A DNA stretch of 64,000 nt, from the NCBI RefSeq assembly GCF_009914755.1, contig NC_060947.1. One strand, given 5' to 3'. Under the pieces are notes generated by a model. That model had not been told where the DNA came from. It ran no database searches and saw only the letters and a program-made list of their open reading frames with translations. This stretch comes from the human T2T-CHM13v2.0 reference genome, Homo sapiens. Of the stretch, positions 29,601-42,899 are shown in pieces; positions within the stretch are counted from its first letter, which is position 1, and every line of letters starts with the position of its first letter. The position numbers were made by a program, and so were the translations under genes.

Positions 29601-31347
29601 GAATCCCTTCTGACCTGATCTCGTGAGCTACTCAGGCTCCGTGCAAGCCTTGGAAGACAATCTGCAGGGCCGAGCAGGGGAGGGGCAAATGCTGGAAGAC
29701 AAAGCTCAAGTGCAAGGCCCTGAGTTCCTTGCCTCTGTTTGGATGGGCTTCAGGATCTCCATCTGTCCCACGTGGGGCAGGCATGGATCAGATGCTCTCT
29801 GAGGACCCACCAGCTCCAGGCTGGGCTTGTGTGGAAGCCCTGACCACTCGGTGCTCTCTCAGGCACTGGCCTAGAATCCGAGGGGGACACACCAAGTGAT
29901 GGAAACAAACAGGGCCCCTGGCTAGTCACAAGAGGGCAAGGATGAGGACACAGGAGGCAGAGTACTGACCTCCAAACTGCAAAACGCTCCTCTGACACCA
30001 AAGCAGCTTTTCTTTCTGGCAAGGCCAGTTTGCATGAATGGACAGAGCCCTGGAATCCTGAGCCAGACTGCAAGGCATGTGTTACTGTGTGTTGGTGCTG
30101 TGCCCTGCCAGGTGACAGGAAGAGGAAAAGGGGCTTATGCAAGCTCTGACTGAGGGGAAGGTGTGTGTACTAAGGCCAGGAAGTGGGGGTGGGGGCCGCT
30201 GTAGGTGGGCACTGTGACTACTTCCCAGATAAAGGCAGAAGGAATTAGTGAGCATCAGACCTGAGTGGCCTACGTGATACAAGGGCAAGAAGAAAGCAGC
30301 GAGGCAGGGTGAAGGGGTAAGTGGTGACTTTTCTGTTGACAAACACTTCTTTCCACCTAATAGTTCAGGGAGGTAGGTGTTACTGTCTCCATTTAACAAG
30401 TGAGGAAACTGAGGCTCAGAGGAGTTCTATGACATGTCATCTAGTAAGTGTTGAAGCTGATGTTCACATCTAAGGCTGTTTTGAGAGTTGCAGTTCTTAG
30501 GGGCCCCTTCTCTAGAGCTGGTAAAATGTGCACACATATACACTGTTTCTGCCATCCAGCAACCCTTCTAAGACTTGGCCGCAAAGGGCTAGGAATTATC
30601 CTTCCCATTTTACTAAAGCCCAGAAAAGGTGAATGATTGGGCCTTAGTCATCCATAGCAAGGTAGAGACAGGCAAAAGGCTGAGACTGGGGGGCCTTCTG
30701 ATGGAAAGCTGCCGTACGCTGCTAGAAGTAGCACTCCCACTGTGGTTCCACCTGTGTCTGGTCATTTTCCACTTACGAAGTGCTCTCAAATCCATTATCT
30801 TGAGGTTTACAGGGCAGAAAAAAAAATCTTCCATTTTCTAGGTGAAGAAACTGAGCATCAGTTACTTGCCAAAGGTTACACAGCTACTGAATGGCAGAGT
30901 CAGGACTTGAGACCAGAGTTGTGTCCAAACTCCCCTTTACTTTTCTGCCAAGTGCATGTGGCCAGCAACGGAAGGACAGAGTAAGTTCACTGAAACATAA
31001 TGTTTGAGACCAAAAGCAACAAACCCCAACTCCCTGGGGAGATATCTAAGCCCTTCTCTTTTTTCCATATGAACCTCTGAATTGCAGAGGCAGGCTTGCA
31101 GCCTTTGAAGGGGAAACAGAGAAGCCAATGAGCTCAGTTCTCCACAGCAGACTCCAAGAGCTGCTGGCTTTCATGGCTAACTAGATGCCTCATCGGCCCA
31201 ATGGCTTTGTGGTCAGGGTGCCAGGGTTGGTCCAGCCACACCAATGGTGGGACTGGGGGAAGGTCTTCTCTCTCTTCCCCTCTCACCACCTGTGGTTGCA
31301 TTTCATGCTTGGTCATTGAGTCATTTTTATGCTCTTTTCCTCAGTAA

Positions 31348-31782
<435 letters not shown>

Positions 31783-34700
31783 TAATGCTGCGCCAAATCC
31801 CTTCCTGAGCAATGGATATGCCATTAATAATAAAATACAGCCCCTGGCTGAGAGAATTCAAACCCTTATTGGGCAGGAAGACATGGATAATTAAACTCGA
31901 TATAGAATGATTGCTGATGTAACTGAGCTGTGGAGTCACCCAGAAAGGGAACACCTTATGCTATTCATAGGAGATACTGTACTAAACTGGTATGTTGGAC
32001 TTTACCAAGTATAGGAGATAGGGCAAATAATTTAACCTCTTCATGTCTTCATTTCCTTATCTGTAAAATGGGATAATAGTACCTACAGGGTTTCTGTAAG
32101 GACTTTATGAGTTAAAATGTGCAAAGAGCTGAGGATAGAGTCAGGCACATTGAAAGCACCATATAAATGTTTGTGAAATAAGTAAAGGAAATAAGGATGA
32201 GCATTCTTGTGAGAGAGAAGTGCACATGTAACACATTTGGTGGGTTAAGGAGGTGTGTTCTGGGAATGCCACCTGCGTTAACTGGGCAGTCTTGTGGGTG
32301 CTTTGAATGCCAGTCTTAGAAGTGTGGACTTGTCCCTGTAGGTGATGGGCAACCATTTCTAAAGCTAGATCTTTGCCACAGAGTGTGGCAGAGGACTCCT
32401 GTGTGAAATGCTAGTGCTGTATCCACCAGCTCAACAGGTGCTAGGCCCAAGAGACTGCCACCAGCCAGGAAACAGTCAGTTGCCAAATCTGAACGCTGGA
32501 CCAGCCCTGTGCATGGCTCAGCCCCAGGATTAGCATCGATATAGGGAAAGGGGCAGCAGGGAGCCCCCTTGTCACTGCCCTCAAGGAGCTGATCTTCTAA
32601 TTGGAATAAGGCCTGCTTCTGCCAATAATCAAATCAATCATCCTGGTGGGAAGTGGTGGAGGTAGGTAGGTAAGAGAAACTCCATGTGGCCTGAGAGGCA
32701 GTATGTACAGTGGTTACTAGCTAAAGCTGACAGTCCAAACTGTATGACCTTGGGCAAATTATTTAACCTCTCTATGCTACAGTTTTCCCATTGAAAATGG
32801 TAGCAATAATAATTCAGCTTATCATAGAGTTATATATGATGATTAAATCATATATAGAAAGTGCTTAGAATGCTGGCTCACATGACAAACACTCCATAAA
32901 CCTTAGCTATTCTCAGTGACTAAGGGCCTATCTTTTACTGAACCAGGTGCCTGCTACCCCTGGGGTACAAGGCCATGGCCTGGAGGCATATGAAGGTATT
33001 AGACCGGTATGTCTCCTCTTCCTGGAGTGTACATTTTCCTCAAAGGCTTAAGGAAGGAAAAGATGAATTTTAATAAGAAAACAAGGATGCATACTAGAGT
33101 TAACTGAAAATTCAAGTGGATGTTTAAGATAAAAGCTGGACTTCAAAGACATTCCCACTTGGAGCCAACACTTCAGGTTTACATCATCAGCCCCCCAAGG
33201 TTTCATCACATTCTTCCCTCTCAGCCCTTAGGGGTACTTGAATACAAAAGTTACAGTAAAACAAACACTTGTGAATTCAAGTAACTCTCAAGGGGGTCCA
33301 ATCATTCTCTGGGGGTAAGGATGATTACCACCGTTATATATGGGTGAAGATGGAGGCTCGAGGTCCCAATCCTGCCACTGCCACTTATGAGCAATTTGGA
33401 TTACCTTTGCTGCTTCTGAGTTTCTCCAACTGTAAACTGGGGTAATGATGATGATATATATACTTCAGAGCATTGTGGTAAGAATTAAATAAGCACTTAG
33501 AACAATGTCTGGTATAGCTTGTGCTCAATCCACATCAGCTTTTATTAGATCCATTCTTGCATCTCCTCTCACAGCACCATTGTCAGCTATGTGTCATATT
33601 ATGTCCATTATCTGGAGGAGAAACTTGAAGCTGTGGAGGTTCAGTAAGGTGCCCCCTCTCCTCCTCTTTGCTAACAGCAGGCATTCCTGCCTGGAGTGGG
33701 GAGGTGGTGGGAATAAATAACCTCGAAGGTCCTTCCCAGCAACAGGGCTCTGTGACTCAAGTGAATCTTCGGAGCTCTTTCATATCACTGTTCTGGCTGG
33801 AGCTGAAGCAGCAGAACTCAGGAAATAGGGGTGGGACTGGACAGGGCGGGAGATGCCTTAGCAGGGTGGGAAGTGACTGCTGCCGCCCTTCCTTCTAGGC
33901 CGCTGCCACTGCCGGGGGCTATGTCCCACACTCCCGCCCAACCGGAGAGCAAAAGGGAAACTCCTCTGCTTGGAGGAAGCTGACTGAGGCCTCCTTTTCC
34001 GCGGGCGGCGTGGGGGAGGGGGCTGCCCCTGTGAGAGGCGCAGTGCAGGGACTACTCGAAACTCAGGAGTCAACGGGGTGGCAGCAGAAAGCTGGGCCCA
34101 GAGAGGGGCATCCCAGTGGCTGTTTGTCCTGCCTGGGCTAGTCCAGAATGGGGACTGCTGATAGGCCAGAGGGTGCTGGGAGAGACGGGCTTCCCATTGA
34201 TTTATGGTCATTTGAAGGGAAAAGGAAAATAATTCCATGAAGTAGAAATGGCCTAGTGGAAGGAGGAGCAGAGTCAGATCTGCCTTGGTTCTGAAACAAA
34301 CTCACTGTGTGACCTTGGACAAGTCCTCTTCCCCACATGAAGAATGCATTCATTCAGTTAGTAAATATTTTGTGAACACCTGCTATGTGCCACCATTGCC
34401 CTGGGGAAAAGGGATGCATGGCATGAAGATCAACATGTTAACCTCTAATTTCCTTCTAGCTCTGACACTGAGTTCATGAAAAGTGGGTGCAAATATCATG
34501 CAAATAAGCACATATCAACTGGAAACTGCACTTCCTTTTTCTAGCTTATCCCTCACAAATGGAGTAGCTTAGCTCTAGATTCCAGGAACAAGGTATGGAG
34601 ACAGTAGGGGGGAGGGGCTGTGACCTTCACCCATGTACCCCTTTATCGTTCACAAAGCACATTCATTATTCCCATCGTGTCATAGGAATATTACCCTCAT

Positions 34701-35689
34701 TTTACAGATGAGGAAACTGAGTCTCAGAGAGGAGAAATCACCCAGGTTATGCCACAGTTAGAGCAGAGGCCCTATTAGGATGTTGGTCCCTTTACTGGCC
34801 ACCAACAGAAGTAGAATGGAAATGACCTGGTCTGAGAGCTGTTGGTAACTTTTGGCCTTATCTCCATTGAAAACAAATTTAACCAGGACCCCCCACCATC
34901 CCCAAGTCAGGTAATGCAAGTTTGCTTGCGGTGGTGGGGATTGCGTATTAGAAAAAACGGTTATGTACCTTAGAGTCCTAGTCCAGGCTTTTTTTGTGGT
35001 ACACGCCAGGGGCTAAACTCTTTGAAAATAAAAGCTAATCTTTCTTAATGAAGTCTATACTCCGTGCCAGGCACCATGATCAGTCCTTCAGATCCTTACA
35101 ACAGTCCTGCAACATAGAGATAACTGCCCCGGCCTAGATGATGGCCAAGTCATTTGCATTCTTGGGCCTCAGTTTTCCATCTGTAACATAAGGGAGTCTA
35201 TAAGGACTGATTCCACTTCAGGATATTCTGGTACTAGAAAGATTTCAAAGTGTCGTTGGTGGAACCCAGCTGGTCGGTTGCTCAGGCCAGCCAGTCAGAG
35301 AATGTGGTTGCAGGGAGGAGTGAAAAGCAGGGGGCGGTAAAGGGAGGCCGAGGAGTGAGTCAGTCTGTCAAGATGGCCAGAGCCATTGTTTCCTTCTCCA
35401 TCTGGCTGTTGCACAAGGCCTTCCTCCATGTCACATGGTTGGTGAGATTTGGGGGCAGACAGGAGGTGGAGGGGCTGACCCCATAACTAGGAAGACACCC
35501 CCACTATCTTGCACCGAGGTATGAGAACAGAAAGGAGAGGAATCAGTGGAGGGAAAACTCGCAGATGGGGGCCAAGTTGGAAAAGTCTGGAAAGAAGGTG
35601 ACTCCAACCTGGAAGAAGGCTTCCTATGGTGATGGGGAGGCGGAATAGTTGAGTAGATGACTGGAGGCTAGAGAAGGGGGAGTTCCTGC

Positions 35690-36270
35690 TCAAGGTGGGG
35701 GCGTGGAACTTTCTAATTGCGACTGAGGGGGCGGGGAAACACAGCCATCATCCGCTCAGCCCCTCCCTCCCCGGGCTCCCCGCGGATTCGCTCAGTCCCG
35801 GGGCAAAACTACCCGAGGCGCCAGCACTCCGGCTCGCCAGCTCGCTCTTGGGCTGCTTAGCCGCCTGGCACCGCGCGGCGCCCGCGGACACATGGCCCAG
35901 GCGCGGGGCTGGGGTCCGGCGTTGCGGTTCCCGAAGCCACGGACGTGGACTCCGTGGGGTGTGGAGGGCACCCGGTGGTACGCGCCGCGCTGGGATCCAG
36001 GTGAACTGAGAGCCAGGCAGCCCCAGGCGGGGAGGTCAGGGCTGAGCTGCGCTTCGCGGAGAGCTTCCCGCACCGGCTCTTCGAAGCTCCCTGCTCCCTC
36101 TGCCTCCTTGTTTGGTTCCAGCCCGGTTTTCATCGTTGAGTCCTATGTCCATTTGTCTAAAACCTCACCCCTGGCCGGCAGTGCCCCCTTTTGAGGCTTT
36201 CCACCCCGCACGCCTTCTTTCTTCTAATTCTTAGGCAGCTCTTGCCCCGCCCTATGGGTGCCCCATCCTC
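35690..36270 (+). promoter_or_regulatory. Intronic CpG island with GC boxes; candidate alternative promoter
   Basis: CpG-dense; ggggcgtgg (~35697) and ggggcgggg (~35728) Sp/KLF boxes; donor-like ccag|gtgaac at 36000. Confidence 0.65.
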
Positions 36271-36859
36271 TTATCCCAGCAGTCTATCCGGCTTCGTCCC
36301 CACCCACCTCTGTCTACATCCTCCGCTCAAAAAGAACACCACTTTGGTTACTAACACGTGGTAGGCGTTCAGTAAACAGTATGTCCCTTTACACCCATTC
36401 CTCCAGCACCTTCTTCGTCTCTGCCTTTGGTGTCTGCTTGTTCACCCTCCTGTCTTCCTGTCCCACTATATGTCTAAACCTCAACCTGTATTTTTTCCTT
36501 GTCATTGAGTTGTCCGTCTGTCCTTTCATCCTTTTATTTTTATTTATTTATTTATTTTTTGGTCTCCAGATCGTTAAGTGTTATCACCTACACAGTAGCT
36601 CCCTACATCCCCCTATCACTCCAAGGGCCTCTTACCTTCCCACTCTGTACCCCAGGTGCAGGACACAGCCCAGCAACCCTGGTAGCACCTTTATAATCAA
36701 CTCGCATTGCCTGGGAGCTCCAAACCAAGGAATGGGTCTCTGAGGGATCTCCCAAAGTCTCTGGCATTTTGTCTTTTTAAAAATTGAAAAAAAAGTTTTG
36801 GGGTACTTATATTTCCAGGCTACTACTTCTGAGTAATTGTTATACTCACTCACTCTCTC

Positions 36860-36936
36860 TCGAGACTCGAACTTCTGAGCTCAAACAACCCTCCCTCCTC
36901 AGTCTCCAAAGTAGCTGGGATTATTGCACCCAGCTC
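36860..36936 (-). mobile_element. Short Alu/FLAM fragment
   Basis: ctcgaacttctgagctcaaacaaccctccctcctcagtctccaaagtagctgggatta. Confidence 0.65.
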
Positions 36937-37844
36937 TAATTCGCTCTTGATTCCACTTAAAGGGCAGGGAGGAAATAGCAAACTGGGTTGGGTTTCTCAC
37001 CATAGATTTAACATGGAATTGAACACGCTGAAACACAGGATCCTTGGAGATTCTGAGAACAGACTCTCTGATTGTACTTATGGGGACACTGAGAGCCAGA
37101 GAGGGCAAGACTCTCAGCCAGGTCACACAGTTCCTCCGTGGTAGAAACAAAGTAGAAGCCAGAGTGACAGTTGCCTGGCCCTGACCCAGGAGCCTTGGGT
37201 GTTGGGGGCCAGGATCATTTCCTTGGGGGCCTGTCCATATAGAGTCATCAGGTCCCATCCACCCCGGAAGCCTGGCTGCCCCTCCCTCCCTGTCCTCTGG
37301 GAACTGACCTGGCTACCCACCTGCCTGGGATGGGCGTTCTCTGTCAGGGGCTGCCATTGCCTCCCCCACTGACATGGGAGCTCCAGGAAGGCAGGTACCC
37401 AGGCTGTGGGCCTGCCCGCCCCACTCTCTGACCCTGTCCCTTGCCCAGTGCCCGGCACAGACAAGGTCTGGGTAACCATGTTATGGGAATGGCTGATGCA
37501 TGTGTGTGGGGAAGTTCCAGCCCTGGCTGAGGGCAAATCAGAACTCCTGCTTAGTAAGTGTGTATGTATGGAGGGGAAAGGGGGGAGCTGTGCTTGAGGA
37601 AAGGCCTGTTGAGAGGGTAGACGAGCTCCAAGGCCAAGTTGAGCCCAGAGCCCTTTGCTGAGTGGCCCTCAACCAACCAAACACATCCCATGCCCTCTCC
37701 GATGTCATCCTGGGGCCTCTGAGGGCTGCCCTTCAAGGTCAGGAGACAGGGGGGTGGTTGGCCAGGGACAGGCTCAGCCAGCCTGAATTGACATTGTCAA
37801 GCCCTAGAGACCCCTCTTCACAGGGCTGGGCTGGGCCAGGCTGG

Positions 37845-37870
37845 GGGCAGGGCGTATAAAAGCCACACAC
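37845..37870 (+). promoter_or_regulatory. Candidate TATA box (TATAAAAG 37855-37862) in GC-rich context
   Basis: gggcagggcgTATAAAAGcc is a perfect TATAWAWR match; donor-like sites follow at 38072 and 38121. Confidence 0.4.
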
Positions 37871-40800
37871 CACTCCACAAGCAGCCCTCCAGCTTCCAGG
37901 GCGCCACGTCTGGTGGCAGTGTGGGGTCAGGCCGTGGCAGCTGACGATGGAACCTGTGAATGGGAAGGAAGAGCCTCTCTTTCTGCTTCCCCGGCTCCTC
38001 CTCGCCTTCCCAGGTTTTTTCTTTGGGAGCTGCAGCCCTGGAGGGACACTGGAAAGGATCCCAGACAAGGAGGTAGGATCCTGAGGGCTGTTCAAGGACT
38101 CTGGATACCCATAGCCCCAAGGTGAGCTGGGAGCAACGCTGGGGGCAAAGACCAGGGCTCCAGGAGTGGGGCAGCTTAGCCTCAGCCCTCCCCTTCCCTG
38201 CCTTTCCCCCAGGCTCCCCACCCTTCCTTTTTCTCACTTTCCTCCCCTGGCCCCAGGTACCCCCCATCCTCAGAGGACCATCATGCCACCCCCACCCCCG
38301 TGCTCTGCAGAAGCCCTGTGCATGCTGGACTTGCAGATGCCCCACCCCCATGGGAACACACAGAGCAGCTCACAGAAGCAGAGCGTTCTGGAAGGAAGGG
38401 ACCCTAGAACCAGGGCCCACCCCATTTTTTCCAGATGAGGAAAGTGGGCCTAGCCAGGGAGAAGCAAGCTCCAGGGCTGAGGACTGAGACTAAGCTGGGC
38501 AGAGGGGAGCACTCCTGTCCTCGCCTGTTGTGTGTGGGGTGTGGGGCTGTGTCAGAGGCAGGCTTGCCTTTGCTCATCTCCTCTCTGCATGTTGTGACCT
38601 TTGGAATCTGGAGGGCAGGAATGGGGTGGGGCACCGGGGTGGACATCCTGCTCTGGGCGTCTGTGCCACTACGGTCACCAAGTGCTCTGTCCACGGTGAC
38701 CCCATCTATTTGTTAGGGCTGGGCAGGCAGACCTCCCCGAGGGGTTGGGGGGGGGTGCTCCATCTGCCTGCAGCAGAAAACCTCTGGGGACCCTTTGAGA
38801 TGGGCCAGTAAGGTCAGTCCGGAGACCCATCCTGGGTGTCAAATGGTACCTGTGGCACTGTCATGGCCCGGGGGGTCTACTGAGTGGATGCTGGGGCCCA
38901 GCCTTCCATCAGGCTGGCACATTGACTGGTGTTGGTTGAGGAGAGATGACAGGTCCCCGCGTATCTGGGAAAGAGCCAGGGCTGGGTTATCCAGCTCCAC
39001 CTGCCCAGTCCAAGTGCCTGGAGGCAGTCATGAGCCGCCCCACACCTGTATGTCTGAGCTTAGGGAGGGCAAGGGCAGAGAGGTTAGGTGACCCCTGAAT
39101 CTCCCCTGGCCTGGGCCTGGCTGGGCCTGTGCTCCAGAGTCCCTCACTGCCAGCCCAGGGCTCTGAGCTCAGCACAGAGCTCCTCCTTCCAGGGTGCTCT
39201 GGGGTGAGGCTGGAGGCAACCGTGATAGTCCCCTAGGCTGTGGGCTGAGAGGGGGTGCTCCTTCCAGGATGTAGCTTTCTGTCCTCTGTCCACACTTGGC
39301 AATGTATAGACAGTGAGGTGTTTGTGTGGCCCTCACCTTTTCAAACCCCTCCCCACCACTGTATTCCCTCTGTCCACATCTGCCTCTGCTTGGGCTGTCT
39401 TCTTAGTGCAAATCTCCCTCCTATGGCCATGGCTCCTCAGGAAGTTTTGTTTTGTTTTGTTTTGTTTTGTTTTGTTTGTTTGTTTGTTTTAATGAACCAT
39501 GACTATCCTCTGTTTTGGGACCTGATCAATAGCCCCCTTTCATGAGGCTGGGCGGGGGCCCCAAGCCACCAGGGAGCAGGCTTCGTTGAGGCATGCGGGA
39601 ATGTGCGTACAAGTGTCAGAGCCTGTGTGTGAGGCCACCGGTACTCATGTACTTGGTGGGGCTGGTCTGAGTGTAATTCATTTTCCCCTCACTGCTCCTA
39701 CCCCTTTTCTAAAAACTTCCCAGCTGAATTCCCTGAAGTGATTTGCTGAGGTTTCTTTAGCTCCTATGGAAAAGAGTAGTAGAAGAGTCTATCTGGTTCC
39801 TTTTGGATATTAACCTAGCCATTCCAGAGTGGGGGCATGGGTCTGCCAGCAGCAGCTCGAGCAACTCCCATTCCCAGGCAGGCAGGGGGGGGGGACTGTT
39901 GGGAGTCCTCAGGTAGGCCCTTATTGGGACCCAAGGGTCTCAGAGTGAGGCTCAGGGGAATGGTATATGGAACTGCTCTTTGCCACAGCGTAGGAGAAAA
40001 GGGCTGATAGGTCCCCCAAAGGTTAGCTCTATAGCACCTTCAGTGTCATCCTGCCACCTGCCACAGTCCTTTACAGTATACTTTCACATTTATTGTCTCT
40101 ACTCTACCCAGTGGGTATTATACTCTAGTCTTGTTATTTATAGGTGAAAAAACTGATGGCTGGGGTGGCACAATGACTTGTCCTGGGTGGCATAACAAGA
40201 AAGTGGTAGAACTGGGGCCAGCATTTAGCTCTACTAATTCCTAATCCAGGGCTCATTCTACTATTGCTCAGTGCTTCTCACCATATCTGACGCTTATAAG
40301 CACTTACTATGTGCCAGCCATCACTCTTAAGTGTTTACTTAGCCTAGTGGATCTGCTCTGCAGCCATTGAAGGTCAGGGTTGTGATGATCATCTACACTT
40401 TCCAGATGAGGAAACTGAGGCAGAGTCACACAGCTAGTAAGTAGCAGAGGCCATTTGTACCCAGGCCATCTTGCTCCAGTGTTCATTATACTCCCTCTTG
40501 TGGGGCTTACGTGGTCTGTGGGCATGGTAGAATGAGGAAAGCCCCATGCCTCGGGCACAGAAACACACACACACACGCACACACACACACGCACAAACAT
40601 ACACACAGAGACTTTTTCTTTTGCCAGGCCTTGGCCTGCTTCAAGCACTCTACATTCCCCTGCCTGATGACTGAGCTGGCATCCAAGGTAGCAACAGCAA
40701 TGGTACTATAGGACACACAGGCAAGAGTGAGGGCTTGAGGAAAAGGGGAAGTCAAGAACCTAAAGCCTCCAGTTACCTCCACAGCCACTCAGGCTGCAAC

Positions 40801-42082
40801 CTAGAAATGGGCCTGTGAAAAGATACTCTTTCTCATCCATTCCAGGCACTATTAATCCATGCAAGACTCAGGGGCAGGGAGCAGGGGTTGGCAGGGGTAT
40901 TGAAGGGGATGAGCTATCTTTGCCCTGCTGAACAGGCTGAGCTCTCCTGGCCAGAATAAAAGAGGGAGATCAAAAAAGACCAAAAGAAATAGCCCTGATA
41001 TCGCTTGGGCCATTTCAAAATGTCACAATGTGCATGGCAAATATCATGATTGTAGCTTACCCTGACAATTGTGTTCACTGTCATTCGACAAGCATTTTTA
41101 TTGAACATCTACTCTATGCCAGGCACTGCGAAGTTCTCCTTCTAAGTATTTATAGCAGTGCCCCATTTTTTGGTAGTTTTCATACTATACCCTCCTCCTT
41201 TTTTGTTTCCTGGTTTGATGGCTTTTAAAAAAATACAGCTGGTGTCTCAGAACCCATGATATCTGATTCAGTTAAATGTATCTACTAAAAGATAAGTTGA
41301 CTTTGCTCATTAGTCATATGATTGTCATTTATTTTTGGTTGTGCTTTGAATATCTTTCAACATTTGTTCATTCATTAACAAACAATAGTGAGGAAAGTAC
41401 TGTAAGCACTGTGCTTGGTTTCCTGGAGTGGATGGAATTGGCTTTGACAAGGTTTCTTGCCCTTAGGGAAATGATAAAATCATTGCAGGACCCCACTTTT
41501 TGTCCTTTTTAGCACTGTGCACAGGCAAGATGCCTTTGGCTTCAACTCAGAGCCTTAAGGATGCTTACAATTGTTAAAGCCCAGCCTCAGGAAGGAGGTC
41601 ATATCCCTTCCCACCCACCAGAAGGATTTTGCTTCTGGGAGTAACTTCTGGTGTGCAGGCCTCATCCATAGACCCACAGGGACTTGGCGCACCTTGAACA
41701 AATTGCTAGAGGATACGAGGGGCAGTCCTGCCATCAAGAGGAAAAGAGGGATACATGGGACACACAGTGGTGGTAGTGTCACTTTATCATTGCTCCTCTG
41801 ACTCTCATCAGGGCCAGCAGGGAAGGAATGTGGGAGAATTTCAGTTTGGCCTAGTGAACTGAAAGCTAGACAGGAGAGGGGCACTTGGGGCTGGGTTAGG
41901 TCTGGCTCTGTCTTTCCCTGGGTGACCTTGATAAAGTTGCTGCCCTCAGAGACAGATATTTTTGCTCTCATCTGTATCAGATACTCTAACAAGCAAGTTA
42001 GATGGATGCAGTTCCTGCCTTCTAGGAATGGTGTGGAGAAAATAACCAGTGTACAGGTATTGACCCTGCCATGGATTTGCTG

Positions 42083-42250
42083 AGTAAATCATTTGAGGCC
42101 AGGAGTGTGAGACCAGCCTGGGCAACATAGCAAGACTTCAGCTCTACAAAAAATGTAAAAATTAGCTGAGCATGGTGGCACACACCTGTTATCCTAGCTA
42201 CTCAGGAAGTTGAGGCAGGAGATTTTCTTGACCACAGGAGTTCCAGGCTG
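42083..42250 (+). mobile_element. AluJ internal fragment truncated at both ends
   Basis: tcatttgaggccaggagtgtgagaccagcctgggcaacatagcaagac ... gctactcaggaagttgaggcagg. Confidence 0.82.
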
Positions 42251-42899
42251 GGTAGCTTTAAGTGAGTCATGCTTAAAGTCTGCTCAGTTTCTGTCTTTGT
42301 AAATGTGAGGGATAGCAGTTGAACTGCATGAGGTCCTGGATACTCTCAGACCTGACTAATAGGAGTCCTCAATTCAACAATGAAATCAAGGTTGTGAACT
42401 TGTGTTGGACCCTTGTGATGAAAGGCCAGAGAGAAATCAAAGCCGAAGGCTCTTGTTTCTTACTGAATTTGAATGGACTTTCTGGTGGTGCTTACTATCA
42501 GAACTCCTGGAAGCCCTCCCCTGCCACGATTAATGTTCGTGCCCCAAATTTTCCATACATTTCTCTGCGGAGGTAGAGTTCAGACTTGGGGTAGGGGACA
42601 GAAGCCTGGGGTATTGGGGAAGTTGCAGAGCCACTGGGGCCTGAGCAACGTAGGGATGGCAGCTTCCTGCTCAAATTCCTAATTATCTGGTTTTCCCCTA
42701 CCAATTGGAGATTTCACTGAAGTTGTGTCTTCTGGACATCCCATAAATTATCCGAGCAAGTCACTGAACCCTCCCGGGCACATAGCATATGTGTTTAAAT
42801 CCCCCAAACAGTGCCGGACTCATTCAGAACTCAATAAATATTAGCCTGTGTGCCTGGCCAAGTCACTGCTTGAGCCTCAGTCTTTGGGCTTGCACCTCC

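Noticed and set aside
34498-34505. Octamer ATGCAAAT (also 16112-16119) and scattered CTCF- or RFX-like matches
   Set aside because: Single short motifs at about chance frequency; not supportable without chromatin data.
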